Positions 42,343-55,200 of a stretch of DNA of 64,000 nt are shown piece after piece (positions within the stretch are counted from its first letter, which is position 1; every line of letters begins with the position of its first letter). Under the pieces are notes generated by a model that saw nothing but the letters and a program-made list of their open reading frames with translations, was not told the DNA's origin and searched no databases. A program made the position numbers and the translations under genes. This DNA is from Rebecca billardiae RCC1528 (taxonomy: Eukaryota > Protista > Haptophyta): positions 3,782,001 to 3,846,000 of the forward strand of contig OZ251222.1 in NCBI GenBank assembly GCA_965240325.2. Direction: 5' to 3'.

Positions 42343-44396
42343 CACAGTAAAGAAATCGATTTTCGGCCGGCGTTACCGTAACCCGTCCGCACTTCCTCCC
42401 AGTGGGGATTTGTTGGAGTTTTTTCGGCGTCGCGTTCGTCCGCCGAAGACCGGGCCAAGGCCGTTTGCGCATGGTCGGTTGTGCGCACGCCCATTCGAAT
42501 CGATCGGGCGCGCTCCGAGCGGCGGGCGTGCGCGCATGTGTGCCGCGAGGGGGGCTGCGAGGCGTCGGCCGGCTTGCCAAGGCGGTTCCCCGGGGCGGCG
42601 TCACCCTCGCCCGCCCCTCCTCGCCCACCCTCGCTCCACGGGCGGCCACACGTGACCTGTTGAGATGAGTTCATGGGAGCCGCGCGGCGGCGCGCGCGGA
42701 GACGGGAGAGGCGAGGAAGTGGTGTTTCGCGAAAAAACGCTCTGTCGCATTGTGCTCAACCCACGTGGGCACCCGCTCCACAAGTTTGTACGCCTTCAAA
42801 CCGCACACAGCGGCCTGAGCAGCTCCCAGACTGAGTTTCGCTCTTGAAGCCTGTTTTTTGGCCAGAGGCTTGGTGTGGATGTAGCGCGGCGAGGAGGAGC
42901 CGGGCGCGCGCCCGAGCTGCGTGCTGGCACTCGCCATGACCCATAGACATCGTCCGTTGCGAACGACCCGGCTCGCCTCGACCTCTCCGACCCGCCGGGC
43001 AGCCACGACCTCGCGACGGCACGACGGCGTCCAAACTGGAGGCTTCTCAGACCGCGTGGGATGGGCATAGGCGCGAGAGAGGGCGCCCAGCGCGCTCTTG
43101 AGGTGCACAGGAGCACGCGTTGATGCGTATGGAACCATCCCATCACGATCGCCCCGACCTGGCGCGCCCTATCTGGCCCGTCAGGCTGCCCGCGCCGCCG
43201 CCGCCGCGCCCACGCCGCCGCCACGCCGCCGCCTCAGCACGGGCACGTGGGTAAGTCTGTATTCAACAAATACAGAATTTCCGGTGCGGCCGTCTGTCGG
43301 GCGGCAAGGTCGGTCTGGTCGACACCTGCCGCGCGGCATGGGCCACGGCGCGGCGAGGTGGCGGCTGGCGCACCGCGGCGTGGGCGGGATGGCTCGAGGA
43401 CACCACCGCCCCGCCTCCCACGCCGCGCCGTGCGCGTGCGCCGTGCTCTCGTCGCGTACCGAATTTCCTGCGGTGAGCGACGTCACACAGCGCGACCATG
43501 CCATCGCGCGACGAGGTGCGTTCAGCTCGGCGATTTGTCGTAGTATGGGGGTATTTGTTGATGAATACAATCATGCGGGTACGAATCGGCCGCAAGGTCG
43601 CGTCGACGGCGAGACTCGCATCGCCCGAGAGGGCGCGCGCGGCGTGGAGTGGCACGCGACGCGGAGAGGGCGGGTGCGGTGCCGCGGGCGCGCGACTGGT
43701 CTAGAACAGCCCAATGAAGCGTGGGACAGCGCCGCACGCCTGTGCTCGCGGCCGTCTCCTCGCAGTCGAAAATATCTGTGCACCCGTCTACCAGGTGAGT
43801 CGACCGACTTGCACACGGCATGCGAGCACTGCGTGCGGGGAGGAGTGTGACATGGCAGGCTGTGGCGAGGTGGATGGCCGTGCAGGACTATGCTGGGAAG
43901 GGCCGTTCCCGCGCTCGCGCGGTGCCTCGCGCACGCCTCGTCGAGGACGAGCGTGTTTGAATGGCTCCGGAGAAGGCTTACGATCGCTCGTTGATGGGCA
44001 GTCGCGACAGGTGCACACGACGAAGGTGACGACCAGGCACTCCGGCGAGGGTGGCTGTGCTGGCAGCAGACTGCATTTGGAGTAAGATGAGCCATCTTAC
44101 GCGCCGCTTCGCCTCGCTGCATCGCCGCACTGAGCAGCAGGGCTCCACGCTCATGAATGGCTGTCCACGAGCTAAGTGACCGGCCAGCCGCGTGCAACCC
44201 GGCGAGGCAGAGAGGGGCGGAGGGATGGGGAGGCTGGGTGGGATGTTGCAGTCCCATGCCCGGGGCACTCGCCAGGCGCCTGCGTGACCACCGTAGCGTC
44301 TTCTGTGCGCTCGTGCGGCCCGCGCGAGATTTTCCCCGAAAATCGGCTCGTGTCGGACGGGTTACGGTAACGATAATCCCGTTTTTGTTCACTGTG
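42343..44396. mobile_element. Non-autonomous CACTA/EnSpm(CMC)-like element inserted in (TA)n
   Basis: AT|CACAGT...ACTGTG|AT termini (2-bp duplication). Subterminal inverted block CGTTACCGTAACCCGTCCG at ~42371 and ~44355-44373. (TA)n on both sides. Confidence 0.75.
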
Positions 44397-44400
44397 ATAA

Positions 44401-44445
44401 ATATATATATATATATATATATTCGTCATGCATATATATATATAT
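44401..44445. repeat. (TA)n microsatellites
   Basis: Two short arrays. Confidence 0.9.
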
Positions 44446-45224
44446 GTGGCGTTAGCGCCATCGTGACATCGGCCGGCAGTAGCGGCGAGCTCGGCGGGCG
44501 AGAGACGCAATCAGAGCTTGGCGCGAGGCAAGAAGCGCGCGACGGTCATGCACTGCGCCGCGGACGCGCCTCCCCCCGACGGGCATCGTGGCCACAGCAG
44601 CCCGGGTGCGCGCCTCACGGCGGAGCCCCGCTGCGGCCCGTGCGAGCAGCTGTGCGACCCGCCCGTTGCGCTCGAGACGCGGTCGCGACACGACTTCAAT
44701 CTTCATCAGCTCTCAAAGAGCTGGCGCGAGCTTGGGCTTCCGTATGTAAGCTACTATGTACAGTATTTTGCTTCTCTGACTCTTTGATGATGCCGCCTCT
44801 TCGAATTTCGCGTAATGCGGTCCGGTGCCGTCTCGATAGTTGGCGGTTCACACCCCAATCGTTTTCGTCACGGTGCGCCCGATCCGTGGCTGCTCGAAAC
44901 CTCGACAAGAATTCGAATAATCGTGTATCTGAAAGTAGACATTTTTCTGCTAGTAGAATTCGAAGTCTGTAACTAACGAGGCCAGCCGATTTCCGCAGAC
45001 TTTCGCCTTATTGGACCAGTATGCGCCGCCATCGTGATTCGCCGCTCGCGGGTTTGGTACACGGGCCCTCCGGGCCCGCATAATTAGAATGCGGCGGGAT
45101 GATTGGGATCCATATGACGCGAGGGTAAGGACATTATTCATAATTCAGACTTTGCGCTCCCTAATCAGCAATAATATCCAGTATATATTGACACGACGAA
45201 CGAACTACCGGCGGTATCTATATA

Positions 45225-47173
45225 CCAGGTCGTTCCCCCTGCACTGGGAATCCGCGGTTTGGACATACGAGAAAAACAGCCGCAGGACGCACCCGTCGCT
45301 ACCCGCGAATAAGATTTTCAGGTCTCGCGGGTGCGGATGTGCGTCAATCGATGAGCTGGTCTCGCAATCCCAAAATTGAGCCGCAACGAGATAGAAGGCA
45401 GGGCGGAGCCCCCGGTGGCGGCTCGGCAGGCGAGGGCCGACCAAATCTTGACCTTTTGCCCTCGGCGGCAGGCGGGCAGCGGCAAGGCGGCCGAGCGCCG
45501 TTGGCGGGGCGCGCCCGGGGCACGCCGCACGGCGCTGCGGGCGCGGATGTGCTCGCGGAGCCGGCTTGCGTGGACAGGCTGTCGCGGGAGAGTATCTGGC
45601 GCCCTCCTGCGCCGCGCGTCTCGCGCCACGCCTCTTTTCGCCGCGGCTCAGGGCAGCGCGCACGCGCGCGCCGCCTCGAGGCCCGAGCACTGCCGCGCCG
45701 CAGCCAACCGCGCGCGCGCCGTGCGCGGCGTGGTCGGGAAGGAACGGGGGGTGCTGCCGGGCGAGATGACGACATCATGTGCGCACGCCATGCCGCCCCG
45801 CGGCGCCGCGAAAGGGCACGATAACGGATCCGCACAGCTGTTGACGAGTGCTGCTTTCTTGTCGTGCCTGAAGCCAGACCTGAGCTCGAAGAAGATGATG
45901 AAAGTGCATCCGCGCGAGGAAAGCGTCGCACCCAGCACTTCTACATGACCACGCAGTGATGAACATTCATGTAAGAGTTTCCCGCGTGCCCGTCTGGCAC
46001 TGTTCTGTGTCTCAATGATCGTCCCGACAAGGCGGTCACGACCGCGAGGCCGCGTGCACACCATTTGTGACAACTCGAAGAGGCGTGCAAACGGACCGGC
46101 GACACGCTCGGCAAGGCGTGGCGGGGCGGCATGGCGTGCGCACATGATATCGCCATCTCGCCCGGCAGCCGCGCCCGTTCCTTCCCGACCACGCCGCGCA
46201 CGGCGCGCGCGCGGTCGGCTGCAGCGCAGGCAAGGCTGGCCTTGAGGCGGCGCGCGCGCGTGCGCGCTGCCCTGAGCCGAGGCGAAAGAGGCGTGGCGCA
46301 AGTCGCGCGGCGCAGGAGGGCGGCAGATACTCTCCCGCAACAGCCCGTCCACGCACGCCGGCTCCGCAAGCACATCCGCGCCCGCAGCGCCCTGGCCCGG
46401 GCGCGCCCCCCAGCGGTCCTGACCGCGAGGCCGTGCGGCACACCTGACACCATTTGTGACAACTGGAAGAGGCGTGCAAACGGACCGGCGACACGCTCGG
46501 CAAGGCGTGGCGCGGCGGCATGGCGTGCGCACATGATGTCGCCATCTCGCCCGGCAGCACCCCCCGTTCCTTCCCGACCACGCCGCGCACGGCGCGCGCG
46601 CGACCGGCTGCGGCGCAGGCAAGGCTGGCCTTCGGAGGCGGCGCGCGCGTGTGCGCTGCCCTGAGCCGAGGCGAAAGAGGCGTGGCGCAAGTCGCACGGC
46701 GCAGGAGGGCGGCAGATACTCTCCCGCAACAGCCCGTCCACGCACGCCGGCTCCGCGAGCACATCCGCGCCCGCAGTGCCCTGGCCCGGGCGCGCCCCCC
46801 AGCCGGGGCCAGCGGCATCGCACTCGTGCCCGGCCGCAGCCGCAGGGGGCGGGTCAGAATCGGTGCTCCGCACCCGCGGCGGAGGGCTCCCGCCTCCAGG
46901 TTGCACACGAAGAACTCATTTCCAGCGCATCGATTTCGTGAGCGGACTATCGCTGACGAGGCTGATTACTGCGTTCCACGGCTTTGCCGCGCTCGGGATT
47001 TGGCTTCTCCAATGGATGGATCTAGTTTCGTCATTTTCAATTGGAAAGCTCGATTAGATCGTTCAAGTGGTCTGATAGACGAAGCGGAAGACTAAATCTG
47101 CGTTGCTATGCCGCGGCCTCGCGCTCTGAATAGGGCGAAACCGCGGATTCCCAGTGCACGGGGAACGACCTGG
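45225..47173. mobile_element. Non-autonomous TIR element (36-bp TIR, TA duplication) with internal foldback repeats
   Basis: TA|CCAGGTCGTTCCCC[C/G]TGCACTGGGAATCCGCGGTTT ... |TA, 1 mismatch. Confidence 0.85.
45507..46803. repeat. 389-bp tandem duplication (~46034-46803) plus an inverted ~295-bp copy (45507-45801)
   Basis: ccatttgtgacaac at 46061/46450 and cggcagatac at 46321/46710. 45507-45801 matches the reverse complement of ~46121-46409. Confidence 0.9.
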
Positions 47174-47202
47174 TAGGCGGCGGGGCATTTCGGTAGTCAT
47201 CA

Positions 47203-47384
<182 letters not shown>

Positions 47385-47883
47385 CAATGATCAGCATCGG
47401 CGGACGATATATCTTATTATTGTAATAAATGTACGTAATAATAATCGTTGGCGCTGCTTGCTCATCGTCAGCGCCTGACGGTCAGGGTCCCGGCCAGACA
47501 TGTCGCGGTCGCTCAGCAGCGGCCGGCCATAAGCACGGCCAGCAGCTCTTCAGCAGGGACATGCTCGCGCGACGCCGTGATCGTCCAGCTGGCATATAAC
47601 ACTGTCCTGCTGCACATCGGCTGGTGCTCGAATGACGCGGGCAGGGACAGCGGCGCAGCGGCTCGGCGGCGCGCACCGGTCGGTGCCGAGTGTAGACCGA
47701 GTGTCACTCGCCGCGGCCCGCGCCAGCCGGTGATGATGACGACACGACCAGTCACGATCCTGCCCGCGCCTGGCGCATCTGACATCGTCATCACCGCGAC
47801 GCAGCAATCGTGAAGACAACTGCTCGTAACGCGCCACCAGCGCCGCCATCACAGATCGGCCATCATCACACGTCGCGTACTCA

Positions 47884-50800
47884 TCAGCCGGAGCCGCACT
47901 GGCCGCGCAGCAGGAACATGCAGACGCCGTCGATCAGCTGGCCGAGCGCCTCCTCGTGGCCGGCGTCCCACGTGGCCCACAGCGCGCCTGCCGCCGCCGC
48001 GCCGCCGCCCGGCTGCCGACCGGCGGCGCTTGCGAGGAGCGCGCCCGACGGCTGCCCCGCTCCGCCGCCGCCGAGCGCGGCGCCGCCGTGCGGCACGGTG
48101 GCGGGCGGCGGCGCGTTGTAGCACAGGTCTGCGCGCAGCGAGCGCGGCGGCTGCAGCAGCGACGGCGTCGGCGGCTGCGCCGCGCCCTCCGCGCCCGCGC
48201 CCTCGTCGCGCGCGCCCTCGCACAGCAGCACGCACACCTCGGTCGGGCGCGTGGCCGAGGCGAGGAGCACGGCCCCAGGGCCTGTCGCGCCGCCGAGCCG
48301 CCAGCGGTGCGCGCGGCGGCCGAAGGCGGCGCAGAGCTGCGCGGCGAGCGCCGCCCAGCCCACGGGCACGCGCTCGAGCCCGGCCATCGGCGGGTGCACC
48401 GCGCCCAGCGGCAGCGTGCACGACAGCGCCAGCAGCTCGTCCAGCGCGTCCGCGCTCGGCGGCGCCCGCCCGCCGAGCGCGCTCTCGGCGAGGGCGCGCC
48501 ACAGCCGGTCGCGCGCGTGCATCGGCAGCGAGCGGCGCACGGCGGCGGAGAGCAGGGCGAGCGCGCCGGCCTCGGAGGCGCGCGGCGCGTCGGCCGGCGC
48601 GCCCGCGCCCGCCGGCGCGCCCGACAGCGCGTCGGCTGCCGTCGGCGCGCGCTCGTCAGCGCGCGCGGCCGCGGCCGCGCTCGCGTGCACAATCAGGCAG
48701 CGCGCGCGCACGCACAGCTGCGGGGGTGCGCCGTCCTCGGCAGCGGACGCCGCCGGCGCCGAGGCGGCGTCCTCGTCGCGCGGCGTCGTGCCCGTCGCGT
48801 GCCCCGTGCTCGCGAGCTTGAGCCCGACGCACACCAGCGCGGTCGCGCCGGGCACGCCCTCGGCGTCCGCGTCCGCGTCGGGCGCGGAGACGATGACGGC
48901 GCAGTCCGCGCGCCGGGCGGATGTGCGCGCGCCGCCTGCTGCCGCGCCGCTGGCGTCGGCGGCGGCGGCGGCGCAGCCGAGCACGCCGCACGCGCCGAGG
49001 TGGTGCGCGTGCCGCGCGATGAACGCGTGCAGACCGTCCAGCCTCGCGCTCGACCGCTGCCCCGCCGCGCCGCCGCCGGCCGCCGCGCCCAGCAGCGCCG
49101 CGCGCCGCGCGTGCTCGCCCAGCTCCGCGCCCGGCACGGCAAGGCTCAGCTCGCACGCGCGCGCGTACGAGCGCGCGGCGTGCGCGGAGGCAGCGGGGTC
49201 GTGCTGCGCGAGGGCGAAGTGGCGGAGCCCCTCGACCACGCGCGCGCTCGGCCCGCGGCCCGCGCCCGTCCACGCGCTGTCGCCGCCGAGCAGCCTGCGC
49301 GCGAACGCCCGGCAGTGCGCGTCGTGCCACCATTGCCGCAGCCGCAGGCCTGCCCACGCGCGCTCCGCGGCGTCGAGCACCGCCCGCGGCGGCGGCGCGG
49401 CGGGCGCGGCGGCGGCGGCGGCGCTCGCGTCGGCGGGCGGCACGAGCACCAGCGCTGCCTCGAGCCGCGCGCCGTCAAAGCCGAGCTCGAGGAGCGCGCG
49501 CCAGCCGAGCACGGCGGCGGCCGCGCCCATAGCCGGGGACGGCCGCGCCGATCGCGTGTCGGCCGCGGGCGCGTCGGCGGCGGTGGCGGCGCCGAGAGGC
49601 AGCGAGGCGTAGACGCACGGGGGCGGCTGCACGCGCTCGCCCGCCGCGGCGGCGGCCGCGCCGCTGTCAAGATCGCCGCCCTCCGCGTCGCCGCCCTCCT
49701 CCTCCTCCGCCTCCTCCTCCGCCTCCTCCGCCTCCTCCGCCGCGGCGTCCGCCGATGCCGCCGCCTCCGCCGCCTCCGCCGCCGCTGTCTGCGTGTCCGC
49801 CGCCCCCGCCGCCTCGGCCGCATGGCCCGTGTCGTCGTCGGCGCTGTCGCGCGGCGCGAGCGCGTGCGCGCCAGCCTGCAGCGAGCGCAGTAGCGCCTCG
49901 GCCGCCGAGTCGGCGGCGGGCGCGTCCGCGTGCGCGCGCAGCGGCGCGCGCCCGCGCGCGCGGCGGCGCGGACGCGCCGCGCGCGGCCAGCGCGGTGGCA
50001 GGGGCGCGCAGCCGAGCAGTGCGCCGCCGCACGCGCGCACGTGCGCGACGAGGTCGCCGAGGAGGAGCTCGGGCTCGGTGAGCGCGGCGCCGAGCGCGGC
50101 GGAGGGCGTGCGCGCGAGCGGCCGACCCTCCGCCCCCGCGCCACACGGCCGCGCAGCCGCGTCCGCGCCGCGCCTCCGCGCGCCCACCAACTCCCAGTGG
50201 CTGCGGGCAAGCGCGGCGCGGCACGCGCCGTCGTCGCCCGCGCGGCGCAGGCGGGCGGTCGGGTCGCCCTCGACGGCGACGGCGCCGCGCCACGCGTGCG
50301 CGCGCACGGCGGCGCGCGCCGCGCGGCGCAGCGTGCGCAACGCCGCCGTGTCCTCGCCGGGCGCGCCCGGCGGCCCGTCAAGCAGCGAGCGCGCCGCCGC
50401 GAGCGCGGCCGAGGCCTCGGCCGCGGCCGCGGCGCGCGCGTGCGCCGCCTCGACCGCGCGCGCGCGCTCGAGCAGCGCGGCGCCGAGCGGGTCCGAGAGG
50501 GCGGGCGCGGGAGCGGGGGCGCGAGGCGGGGGCGTGGGTGCCGCCGGGGCCGCCGCCGGCTGCGCCGCGCACGCCGCCGGCAGCTCGGCCCCCGCGCCCG
50601 CCCCCGCGCCCGCCTGCGGCGGTGCGCCAGCGCCGGCCGCAGCGGCGCCGGGCGGTGGCACAGCCCGCACAGGAGCGCCCGCTGCCGCTGCCTCTGCAGG
50701 CCATCGCGCGAGTGCGCGCAGCCAGCGCGGGTCACTCGCCGCATCCGCGGGCAGCGCCGCGCAGCCCGCCTCCTCCGCCGCCTCCGCCTCCGCCGCCTCG

Positions 50801-52198
50801 GCGCGCGCCGCGCCCTCAGGCTCGGCCAGCCGCGCGGCCAGCTCGACGCGGCAGCGCGCGCGCAGCACGGCCGCGCCCACCGCCGCCTCGACGGCCTCCG
50901 CCTTGGCTGGCTGCAGGTTGTAACACAGCGAGCTCACGTGCGAGCCGCGCACGCTGACGAGCACGAGGCACACGTGCTTGGCGCGCGGCGCCGCCGCGGC
51001 GGGCGCGGGCAGCGCCCGGCCGGAGCGCTGCCGGCCGAGCGCCGCGGCCGCCAGTCCCGGCGGTGCCGCCGCCGCGAGCTGCGCGGTGGCATCCGCAGCC
51101 GCAGCCGCCGCCGCCGCGCGCGGCGAGCCACCGGCTCCGCCCTCGGTCGAGTCTGCGTGTGCGTCAGCGGGCGCGGCCTCGCTGCCGTCCTCGCTGCTCG
51201 ACGAGTCCGCGCCGTGCGCGGCGAACGAGCGCTCGTCGCCCACGAGGAGCAGCTCGAGCATGTCCGCACTCGCCCCGCCCTCGCCCACCGCCGCGCCGCC
51301 CTCTGCGCACGCGCACGCCCCCGCACACGCGCTGCCGCCCGCCGCGCCGCGTGCGCCGCCCGCCGGCGTGGGGGCGGACGCGGCGGCGGCGGCGGACGCG
51401 GCGGCGGCGGCGGACGCGGCGCACGCGCTGTCGCCGCCGTCGGCGGGCGGCGGGCGCGAGCTCGGCGGCGGGCGGAGGCAGCCGAGCACGAGCCACTCGG
51501 CGCCATCGGAGCCGCCGCCCGCATGCGGATTCGGTTCGGTCTGGGGCGGCGCGCGCCGCCACGCGCCGCCGCCGGCCGCGCGCGCGTCCGCGGCGAGCGC
51601 GGCCGCCTGCGCGCAGAGCGCGCGCCTGTCGAGCGCGCGCAGCGGCGCGGGCTCGGCCCCGCCGCCTCGCAGCGGGCGGTGCCACGCGCGCACGCACAGC
51701 AGCATCGACGTGGCCGCACACGCGTCGAGCGCCGACGCCGCGACCAGGGGCAGAGCCCACTCCGGAAGTGTCGCGCGCACGCCGCGCCGCCGCACCGACT
51801 GGCACTCGAGGGCGACGGCGCGGGCGGCGGCCTCGCGCAGCCTGTCGAGGGGCGCGCTCTCGAGCGAGCCGGGCACGCGCGCGTCGCGCTCCGCCGGCTC
51901 GGCCGCCGCCGCGCCGGTGCCACCGCCCGCACACGCCTCGGCCGCGCCGGCCGCGCCTTTGCCGCCCGCGCCCGCGCCCGCAGACATGTCCGCTGCCGGC
52001 GCGGCCGCCGCGCCCTCGGCCGCGGCGGCGGACTGCAGCGAGGAGAGCTCGAGCGCGGCGGCGGCGACGCGCCACGCCGCGACGCAGCGCACGTACGCAC
52101 CGACCACCTCGTCGGCGAGGGGCTCGAGGGAGTCCACGCCGCGGCCGCACACGGTGAGGCACACGTGTGTCGGCACGGGCGGCGCACCGCCTTCGGGC

Positions 52199-52230
<32 letters not shown>

Positions 52231-55200
52231 CGCCGGCGGGAGCGGCGCGCCGGGCGCGCGCTCGAAGGCGAGGAGGGCGCACGCGAGGGCGCGCGTCGGC
52301 GCGGGCGGCGCGGCGCCCGGCGTCCGGCGGTGTGGCAGCACCGCCATCGGCCGCAGCGCCGCCGCGCCCGCCGCGGCCGCGGCCGCGGCCGCGGCCGCGG
52401 TGCCGTCGGCGGCGGCGGCGCCGCCGTCGGCCGCGCCGCCGTCGGCGCCGCCCGCGCCGAGCGCGGCGGCGGCGTGCGCGGAGAGCGCGAGCTCGAGCAC
52501 GAGCATGCCCTTGTGCACCATGAGCGAGCGGCGCAGCGCGCGCGCGAACGAGGCGGCCGAGCGCGCGTCCGCGCTCGCCGCGCGCGGCAGCGGCAGCGTG
52601 CGCCGCATGGGCGGCGTGCGCGCGTGCGCGCCGACGAGCAGTGTTAGGTCTGCGTCGGAGAGAGCGGCGCGCCGCTCGGCCGAGTAGCGCTCGAGGCCGC
52701 CGAGCAGCGCGGAGAAGGCCATCGCGTCGAGGCGGGAGAGCAGGTGCGAGCGCAGCCACACTGTCACCTCCTCCGACGGCGCGCCCACCCCGAACACTCG
52801 CACGAGCAGCGCGCCGCCGCCGCCGCGCGCGCCGCCGCCGCCTTTCGCGAGGCTCAGGCAAAAGCTGAAGGCGGCGCCGTCCACCTGTCGGTACACGTAC
52901 CAGTCTGCGCGGTCGGCGAGGGCGAAGGCGGCGAGCGCGCCCGCCGCGAGCTGCTTGAGCGCGGCGCCGGGCGCCGCGCCCAGCGCCTCGTGCAGCGGCA
53001 GGCGCATCGTGTGCACGCACGCGCACTCGAACCGAGGCGGGGGCGGAGGGGGTGGCAGCCGCGCGGCGGCGGCGGCCGCGGCGGCGGCCGCGGCCGCGGC
53101 TGCGGACTGGCCGGCCGGCGCGACGGCGCTCGCGGCGGAGGCGGCGGGCAGCGGCGCGCGCGCGGGCTCGGCGGGCGGCGGCAGCAGCAGCGCCGACGCG
53201 GCGCGGCTCTCGTGCAGCTGCTGCAGCAGCAGCAGCCGGTTCAGCCGCTCGGCCACGCGGCACAGGCAGCGGCGCACGCACGCGAGCGCGCGCGCGCCCA
53301 GCCGGTCGCCGAGCCCGCAGCTGTCCAGCTCGACGCGGATGGTGAGGGCGGCGGCCGGCGCGGCGGCGGCGGCGGAGGGCGGCTGCGCGGCGGGCGCGGA
53401 CGCAACCTCCGCGCCGGCGACGCGCACGCCGCCCGACGGACTGCGCGCAGCCGGTGGCGCGCCCGCGCCGCCCGCGCCGCCCGCGCCGCCCGCGCCGCCC
53501 GCGCCGCCCGCGCCGCCCGCGCCGCCCGCGCCGCCCGCGCCGCCCGCGCCGCCCGCGCGCCCGCGCACCGCGCGCCCGCCGCCGCCGCGCGCGGGCGCAA
53601 GGCTCACGTTGGCCGCGGCCGCGCGCGCCGAGGGCAAGGGCGCCGCGGGCTGCGCGCACGCAGGCGGGTGCGGGTGGTGCGCGCTCGGCCCTTCGCTCAC
53701 ACTCAGCACAAGCCAGAAGGGCGGCGGGCCGCACGGCGGCGCGCGCCGTGGCGCGCGCGCGGCGGCGGCGGCCGCCGCCGCCGCCGCTGCCGCCGCCGCC
53801 AGCTCCGCCGTCGCCGCCCTGAGCTCGACGGCGTCGCACACGTCCGCCAGCGCGCAGCGGAGCGCGCGCTCGGCGGCAGCCGCGCCCGCACCCTCGCGCG
53901 CCGCGTGCTGCGCCTCGCCCTCGCGCTCGCGCTCGGCGGCGGGCGCGGCGGCGGGCGCGCCGGGCGCGGACGGCCCAAGCTCCGCGCCCAGCGCCGCGGC
54001 CGCGCCCTCCGCCCAGCCCGCCGCCCACTCCAGGCCTGCAAGCTCGTACCCGCTGTGGCCGCGCGCGGCAGGCTGCTGCTGCTGCTGCTGCTGCTGCTCG
54101 GCACGCGGCGCGCGCGGCGGCGCGCGCGCGCTCGCCAGCTCGGCGAGCAGCTCGGCCGCGCCCTCATCGCCCTCATCGCCCTCATCGCCGCCGAGCGGCG
54201 GCGCGGCGGTGGACGTCGGCGGCGACTGCGCCGCCGCCGCCTCGGCCGCCGCGCCCGCCGCGTCGGCGCCGCCGCCCGCAGCGCGGAGGGGCGCGCACAG
54301 GTAGAAGCAGGCCTCGCGCGGCGCGGGCTGCTGCGCGGGCGGCGCGTGCTCCGACCGCCCCGCCCGCGCCTCGACCGCACAGAGCGACAGTGCTGGCTGT
54401 GCCGCGAGCTCCGCGCACGCGAGAGCCAAGGCGTCGGGCGCGCGCAGTGCCAGCGGCATCGTCAGCGTCTCGGCGTGGCAGCGGGGCGCGGCGGCGCCGG
54501 CGGCGCGGCCGCCGCGCTCGTGTGCGGCGCAGCGCGCCATCAGCGCTCGCACGCGGCCGAGCTGCGCGGCGCTGAGCGGCGCCGGCGCGTGGCGCAGCGC
54601 GTGCAGACCCGCCCGGTCCGCCGCCGCGCGCAGGGCGCGCACGAGCCAGCGCAGTCCGCCGTCTGCGCGGAGCAGCGCGGCCACGGCCGGCGGCCGGCCG
54701 GCGGCGGGCGCGGCCGGCTCGGCGGCGCCGCGCGAGGGCGAGGGGGGCTCGGCGGCGGTGGGCGCGCCGCACGCGGTCGCCGCGCCGGTTGGGATCGCAG
54801 CGGACGCAGAGGAGGCGCGCTGCGCGCGGCACGAGCGCGGCGCGCCGCCTGCGCCCGCGCCGGGCGCGCGCGCGCGCGGCGAGGGCGCGCCGCCGCGCGC
54901 CGCCGCGCCGCCTGGCGACGGCGGCGCGGCCGCGCGCACGGCCGTCGCCGCGCCGGCGGCGCTCGCGCGCGCCGCCGCGCCCGCCGCCGCCGCCGTCGGT
55001 GAGCGCGGCGGCGGCGAGGGCGCGCCCGAGCCGCCGCCGCCGATGGCCGCGGCCGCGGCCGCCGCGGCCGCCGCGTTCGCCCCCGCTGTCCCGAGCAGCG
55101 CCGGCGGCGGCACCGCGCACAGCGTCAGCCGCGCGCGCAGCCACGGCCGCAGCAGCGGCTCTGCGCCGGCGCGCGCCGGCGCGCGCCGCGCCGCGTCGAG

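Noticed and set aside
29531-47173. Transposase or Fanzor/TnpB ORF inside the three TIR elements
   Set aside because: No DDE, RuvC or zinc-ribbon motif was recognisable in the frames I could read. Decayed remnants cannot be excluded without a profile search.
47448-47880. Short ORFs between the (AT)n array and the SZT2 stop
   Set aside because: No recognisable motif; probably UTR or decayed sequence.
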